From positions 1 to 41,548 of IMG/VR virus record IMGVR_UViG_3300008116_000184: 41,548 nucleotides of DNA. One strand, 5' to 3'. The stretch comes from a virus. Its lineage: Duplodnaviria; Caudoviricetes. Within the stretch, counting starts at the first letter, position 1, and each line of letters starts with the position of its first letter. This document shows positions 36,655 to 41,548 of the stretch, piece after piece. The notes under the pieces are model-generated. The model did no database searches. It worked only from the letters and a program-made list of their open reading frames with translations, and was not told the origin of the DNA. The position numbers and the translations under genes were made by a program.

Positions 36655-39600
36655 TTAACATTCTTTTTTCTTGTTTTCACCTTCTTGTGCAGCATCTCTC
36701 ATTAAATCTGAGAAGTCTTGCATAGCTCCTCCCATTGGATTTAAGCCTCTTAATTCTGCTTCCATCTCTGCTTTAAGTTGTGCCTGTTTTTCTGGGCTAG
36801 GTCTTAGGTGAGCAAGTGCTGCAGGAAGTTCAGTCAAAGATACAGGTTTTTGCTGAGCTTTTGGAGCAGGGCCAAACAAATCTGCAGGCATTTCATCAAC
36901 AGCTACATCTAAAGTAGATTGTGCAACTGGGGTAGGAGCTGATGGTGCAACAACAGTTGGTGTTGTAGGTTTACCTTTTAACTTAGCTACTTCTGCTTCT
37001 ATTTCTTTTTCAATACGTTCCTGAGCATTTAGCACTTGTCCTGCAGGTAATTTAGAAGCAGCCGTCCACTTATCTAGTCTCTTTTTTCTCCTTTAATTTC
37101 TATTTCAAAACTTGTCCCTTGTTGTGCAAATTTTGCTTCAATTATTCTTTCATTAGCTGAAACTGTTGCAGGTTTTTTGAATTGATATACATTAATCGTT
37201 TTGACTTCTTCTTCACCAGTTTCTCTATTGTAAACTTTAGACTCTGCAGTTCCTGTAACTTCAGCATACCCATTCTCTACAAGCTTCTCCCAAACTCTTA
37301 ATGCCTGTGGTGAAATACCAGCAGTATGTTTATCCCAATGGGTACTTTCTAAAGTGTATCCTAATTTTTGAACTTCTTGTCCAATTTGTATGTAAGCTTG
37401 AAGACCGTATCCTTTGTTTTTTGTTTTGTCAGATTCTTGGAAGTCTCCTAATTGAACATCATAAATATAAGCTGTCCCATCTTCTAGAACTTTTACAGTG
37501 AAATTACCTTTACCATCCCTTTACCATCCGGTGTAATAATTTCTCCTTTAAGCATAGGAGAAGATTCTGATGGAGAACTTGTAACGTTTATACTAACAAC
37601 AGAAGTAGTTGTAGCAGCAATTGGTGTAGCTGCAGGCTGAGTTTGAGTTTTAGATAATGACCCAGGTCCGTAGAAAGATTTAGCATTGTATATCACATAA
37701 AAAGGATCTACTTTCTGGTTACCAATTATATGATTTAAAATTTTAACTCCTTTAACTTCAGGGTTTGATTTCTGAAAATCATTGAATAGGTTTATAATTG
37801 CAGGACTTTGATTTGCTTTTTCTGTATCATTGTACTCAGCATCAGGGTTGTCAGATATGTAAGATCCTGTAGCTGGATTGTTGAATTTATAACCTTTTGC
37901 TTTTAGTTCTTCATAAATCTCTTTCTCAGATTTATTAGCATCTATAACTATAAATTCAGATTCATTTATTTCACCTGCAATTGGTTGACCATATCTTTGA
38001 ACAAGGAATGGAGTAGTAGTAGAAGATGCATTTAAGCCATCTCCAAACTGACTGATTTGATCTTTACCTCTTTGGAAATTACCAAAATCAAAGTCTTGTG
38101 GAGCAACACTTGTGTGATGATACACAGTAACTACATTAACAGGGCCTGGAACCGAAGGTTGAGGTTTAGTTTGAGGTGCAGGTGCAGGTTGAGATTTTCT
38201 TAACTCTGCAATTTGCTTATCGTATGCTGCAGAGATTTGATTTTTCAACTCTGTAGCAATCCTTACTTGTTCTGCAGTGCTCTCAGGGCTTTCTATAATT
38301 TTTGTATACTGTGCAGTACGAGTATCTCTTTCTTTTTCTAATCCCTTTATCTTAGCTTCTACTACTGTACTTGGAGCAGCAGGGGCTTCGATGCTATCTA
38401 ATACTTTTACAGCATTTGATACCTCTAATTGAGTTTGAGTTGCAGTTCCTCCTCCAACACCTGTTAATGGTGTAAATTCAATTCCAACATCAAAGAATGG
38501 AGACTTGTATACATTACCTGGAGAGTCAGTTGCTAAAATTACATTAGCCCCTAAACCTTCAGTTCTAGGCTCTGTAAATTCTTTATCACTGTTTAAGTAC
38601 TCAAAATATGAAGGATACTCAATACCAGTAAGAGCACTAACATAAGGTTCTGTGTTACTAATTCTATTGACATCAACTTGATACTTCTTGTTCATAATAA
38701 TGTCTAAGAACTCTTGCTTCAAGTTTGGAGTTACTCTTGCATACTCAGCTTTCTCTCCTTTTATTGTAACTAAAGATTTCCATCCTTTCTCGTTAGTACC
38801 TACCTCAGAGAATGTGAACTTGAATGATTGCCCTAGTAAAGCTTTCTTAAGTTCCTCTTCATTTATTCTGACAATTTTGTTTGCAGATTTAGAGTAGAAT
38901 GAGAATAAAACTTTACCATCTGTAAGAGTGACTTGTGACATGTAGTTCTCAAAGTCCTCTGTAGAGATATCTTCTCCTTCATTTAAATCTATTGCATCGT
39001 TTTCATCTGCAACTTCTACAGGAAGTTTATTCAGACCTACAATCTCTCCAAATAGTTGAGCCTCAGGGTTTTCCTTAATTAAATGATTAACTGCAATTGT
39101 TCTTCCTTCTTCAGTCATAGACTTTGTAGAAGCCATTACAAGAGCAGGATTACCGTTAGGATCTTCTACTATAATTGCTACTTGTCCAAGTGTAACATTG
39201 TTTGCACTGAACGGTAGAACATTTTCGTTCTGGTCCATGAAGACAGGTACACCGTCTTTAATTCTTACTACAGCAATATTTGCAGATCCTTTTACAATGT
39301 TTGAAGATGGATAGAAAAATATCTGACCATATGTAAACATCGAATTTCCACGAGCATTAGCAATATTCTTAGAATTAAAAACTTTTCTGCTAATAGTAGA
39401 AGCAGCAGTAATCCCTTGCTTATGTAAATTGTATATGTCTTTTCTAGACAATCCAGTATTTTCATCTGCTTTATAAGCAGCTAATAAACCAATTCTACGA
39501 ACCTGTCCATTAGGAAGTTGTGCAACTACATAGATAGGGACTTGTTCCCAATATCTATCTTCTGTTAAATCCTTTTTGTTATTTCTTGTTTTAGGATCTT

Positions 39601-41548
39601 CAGAGTTCCACCAGTCAGTAGACTCATCTACCTCAAATGTAATGATTGTACCTGCAGGAGTTATATTATTATCAGTTAGCATCTCTGGGTAGAGTGCTAT
39701 TACATCTCCATTTACTTTCTGTACAGGCAGTGAAGATTGTACATTTCCATCTTCAGATACACCTTGTTCTGTAAAGTCGGAATCAATAGAGTAAATTTCC
39801 CCCTTAGAAAGTGGAGCATCTACAGGACCTTCAGCAACTACAACAGTTACTTTTGGTTCTTCAGGATCTGACTGAGTATCAGTTGGACCATCAACAGGCT
39901 CATTCATTGACCTGTCTATCTGCTCTAACTGCTCTCTTTGTCTACGAATTTCTTCTAGCTCTTCTGTTGTGGTTGTGCCATCCAGCCCTTCCTCCGTAGA
40001 TCCTGCTCTAGGATCGATATCCGTTCTTTCAGACTCTTGCCCTTCAACTGCAGTGTCAGTTCCTTGGGCAACGTTGCCGTCTTGACGAAGTTTTTCAGAT
40101 TCACGTTCTTCATTTATTCTTTGTATTAGTTCTTTAGATTTACGGATATTCTCCTCTCTTCTCTTAATCTTGTTTTGAGTGTTTCTAACTTCTTTTTTAG
40201 CAGCTGCTGTATCCTGTCCAGGGTAAACACCATCTACAATTTTTTGAAGTTCTACTTCTACAAGTTTTAATTGAGCTATCTCATCTTCTAATCTAGAAAT
40301 TTTAGCTTGTTCACCTCTTGTGATTTCATCTATTTCTTCTTCTAGAGGAGCTTGCTCAATTTCTTCTGCAATGACTTGATCATCAGTTGCTTCTTGCATT
40401 GCTGCAGATTTCTTTCTCTTAGCTAGCTCTTTAATCTTCTTATTTAATAAAGCTTTGTGAGATTTTTTAAGAGCTTTTAAAGTCTTTACGTTTCCATCAG
40501 CATTAAACTCTGCTTCTGTAAATCCAGCCTCCATAGCTAACTGTCTTTCAGCAGCTAAGATTTCCTCCATCTCAATTAAGTCTTGCTTAATTACTTCGAT
40601 TTGATTACGAAGTTGGCCGTCTGTTAGACCAGCTGTTCTTCCAATGTCAGTGCTGTCTACTAATTTTTCAAACTCTGCCTCTATCTGAGCAATTTCTTCT
40701 GGATCTTCTAGTGAGTCTAATGTTTCAAACTTTTTAGTTTTACCTTTTAAGGTATCTGCTTGAGCATCTACTTCTTTCTTATGCTTTTCAAGAACATCTT
40801 TTCTAATTACCTCTCCACGAATTCTTTGAATCTCTTTGAACTCTTCAGCAGACATGTTAGCTATAGCTTCTACATCTCTAATAGAAGATGCCTGTACAAG
40901 AATAGCATAGGTAATTGTATCAGCAATAGCAGAGTCAGTCTCATTATTATCATCTAATAACCAAGTAACTACATTACCTGTAGCAGCATCAGTTAATCTA
41001 ACTCCAGTTCTGTTACCTTCTTCATCGTAGATAATAGCATCTGTAATGTTTTCATTTAGATTTAGGTATGTTCTTCCATTTATAGTGAATATAAATCCAC
41101 CTGGAGAAACTGAGATATCCCCTAAAGCTGCTGCCTCTGCATCTGATACTTCTCTAGCAAATTCTTCATAGCTTGCTGTTGGAGCAAACTCATCTCTCCT
41201 TTGTAATTGCCCGTTTTGAGCTTCTATAGTATTTTCAGCAAGTCTTTTCTTTTCTCTTACGTCTTTTTCTTTTGCTAATGCAGCTGCTGCAATTGGGGGT
41301 AAAGAATCTTCATCAATAGCATTTAACATGTCGTCAGTCATGCCACTGAATTTCATTCTTTCTTCTTTTTCTTCTTGCTCCAATTGTTCTACTCTTTCTT
41401 CAGCTGCTGCAACAATTTCTGCAGGAGCATCATCAGGCATATTATCTCTTAACTCATCTGCAGTTTCTGCATTCTCAACTACCTGTGCAGCTCTATCTGC
41501 AGAGGCTTGCTTTTCTTCTTGTTGTCTACGAGCATACTCAGCTTCTAC
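36655..41548 (-). CDS. Giant virion (ejection) protein, 5'-truncated, interrupted by two frameshifts (37508-37529 and ~37085)
   Basis: The frame is open from 41548 to 37493. Removing an 11-bp tandem duplication continues it through a GNAT-like domain to ~37080, and one extra A in an A6 run joins it to 36655-37035, ending KKKEC*. Acidic coiled coils; ART-like insert at ~37670-38130. Confidence 0.75.
37508..37529. repeat. Perfect 11-bp tandem duplication
   Basis: CTTTACCATCC x2. Confidence 0.95.

Noticed and set aside
36655-37035. Stand-alone 126-aa gene
   Set aside because: Weak GTG start, frame open upstream to 37092, and linker-like composition indicate it is the C-terminus of the frameshifted giant gene.
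25042-40957. Many short plus-strand ORFs, and similar short nested ORFs in the replication module
   Set aside because: They lie opposite or within long, motif-bearing genes and show no independent coding signal.
1-41548. Stop-codon reassignment (TAG or TGA), known in some crAss-like phages
   Set aside because: Long genes are intact in the standard code. The breaks at 37.1-37.5 kb are frame changes, and reading through TAG at 37074-37076 meets TAA shortly after. No suppressor tRNA seen.
1-41548. tRNA, rRNA, integrase, transposase or DGR reverse transcriptase
   Set aside because: No cloverleaf or relevant catalytic motifs recognised by eye; a tRNAscan or HMM run would be needed to exclude them fully.

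Overview
A 41.5-kb segment of a crAss-like (Crassvirales) phage genome, most likely infecting a Bacteroidota host (TAnnTTTG promoters, SD-less A-rich initiation regions, Bacteroidota-type lipoprotein signals), standard genetic code. Layout: (i) 1-2950, minus strand: a tail-fibre-like gene running off the left edge, four small genes and a ~250-nt structured non-coding stretch; (ii) a strand switch at ~2960-3210; (iii) 3214-24330, plus strand: small early genes separated by heavily structured intergenic RNA, then a replication module (family A DNA polymerase, DnaA-C-domain protein, SF2 helicase, DnaB, AAA ATPase, putative SSB, primase, PD-(D/E)xK nuclease, rIIA/rIIB, 5'-3' exonuclease, UDG, Nmad1/DUF1599); (iv) a bidirectional terminator; (v) 24367-41548, minus strand: three giant ejection-type virion proteins, including a DFDxD virion RNA polymerase, with zincin-, ART- and GNAT-like inserts. 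The main unannotated signal is three variant twister-type self-cleaving ribozymes (3931-4024, 4127-4274, 6039-6113) supported by covariation between copies. Two are in tandem and would excise a ~198-nt structured, circularisable RNA, and the first has a possible upstream on/off switch. Also noted: terminal cysteines that could chain the three giant proteins head-to-tail, two frameshift lesions hiding a GNAT-like domain, and an apparent in-frame gap in the polymerase exonuclease domain. All calls are from motif reading by eye; no searches were run.
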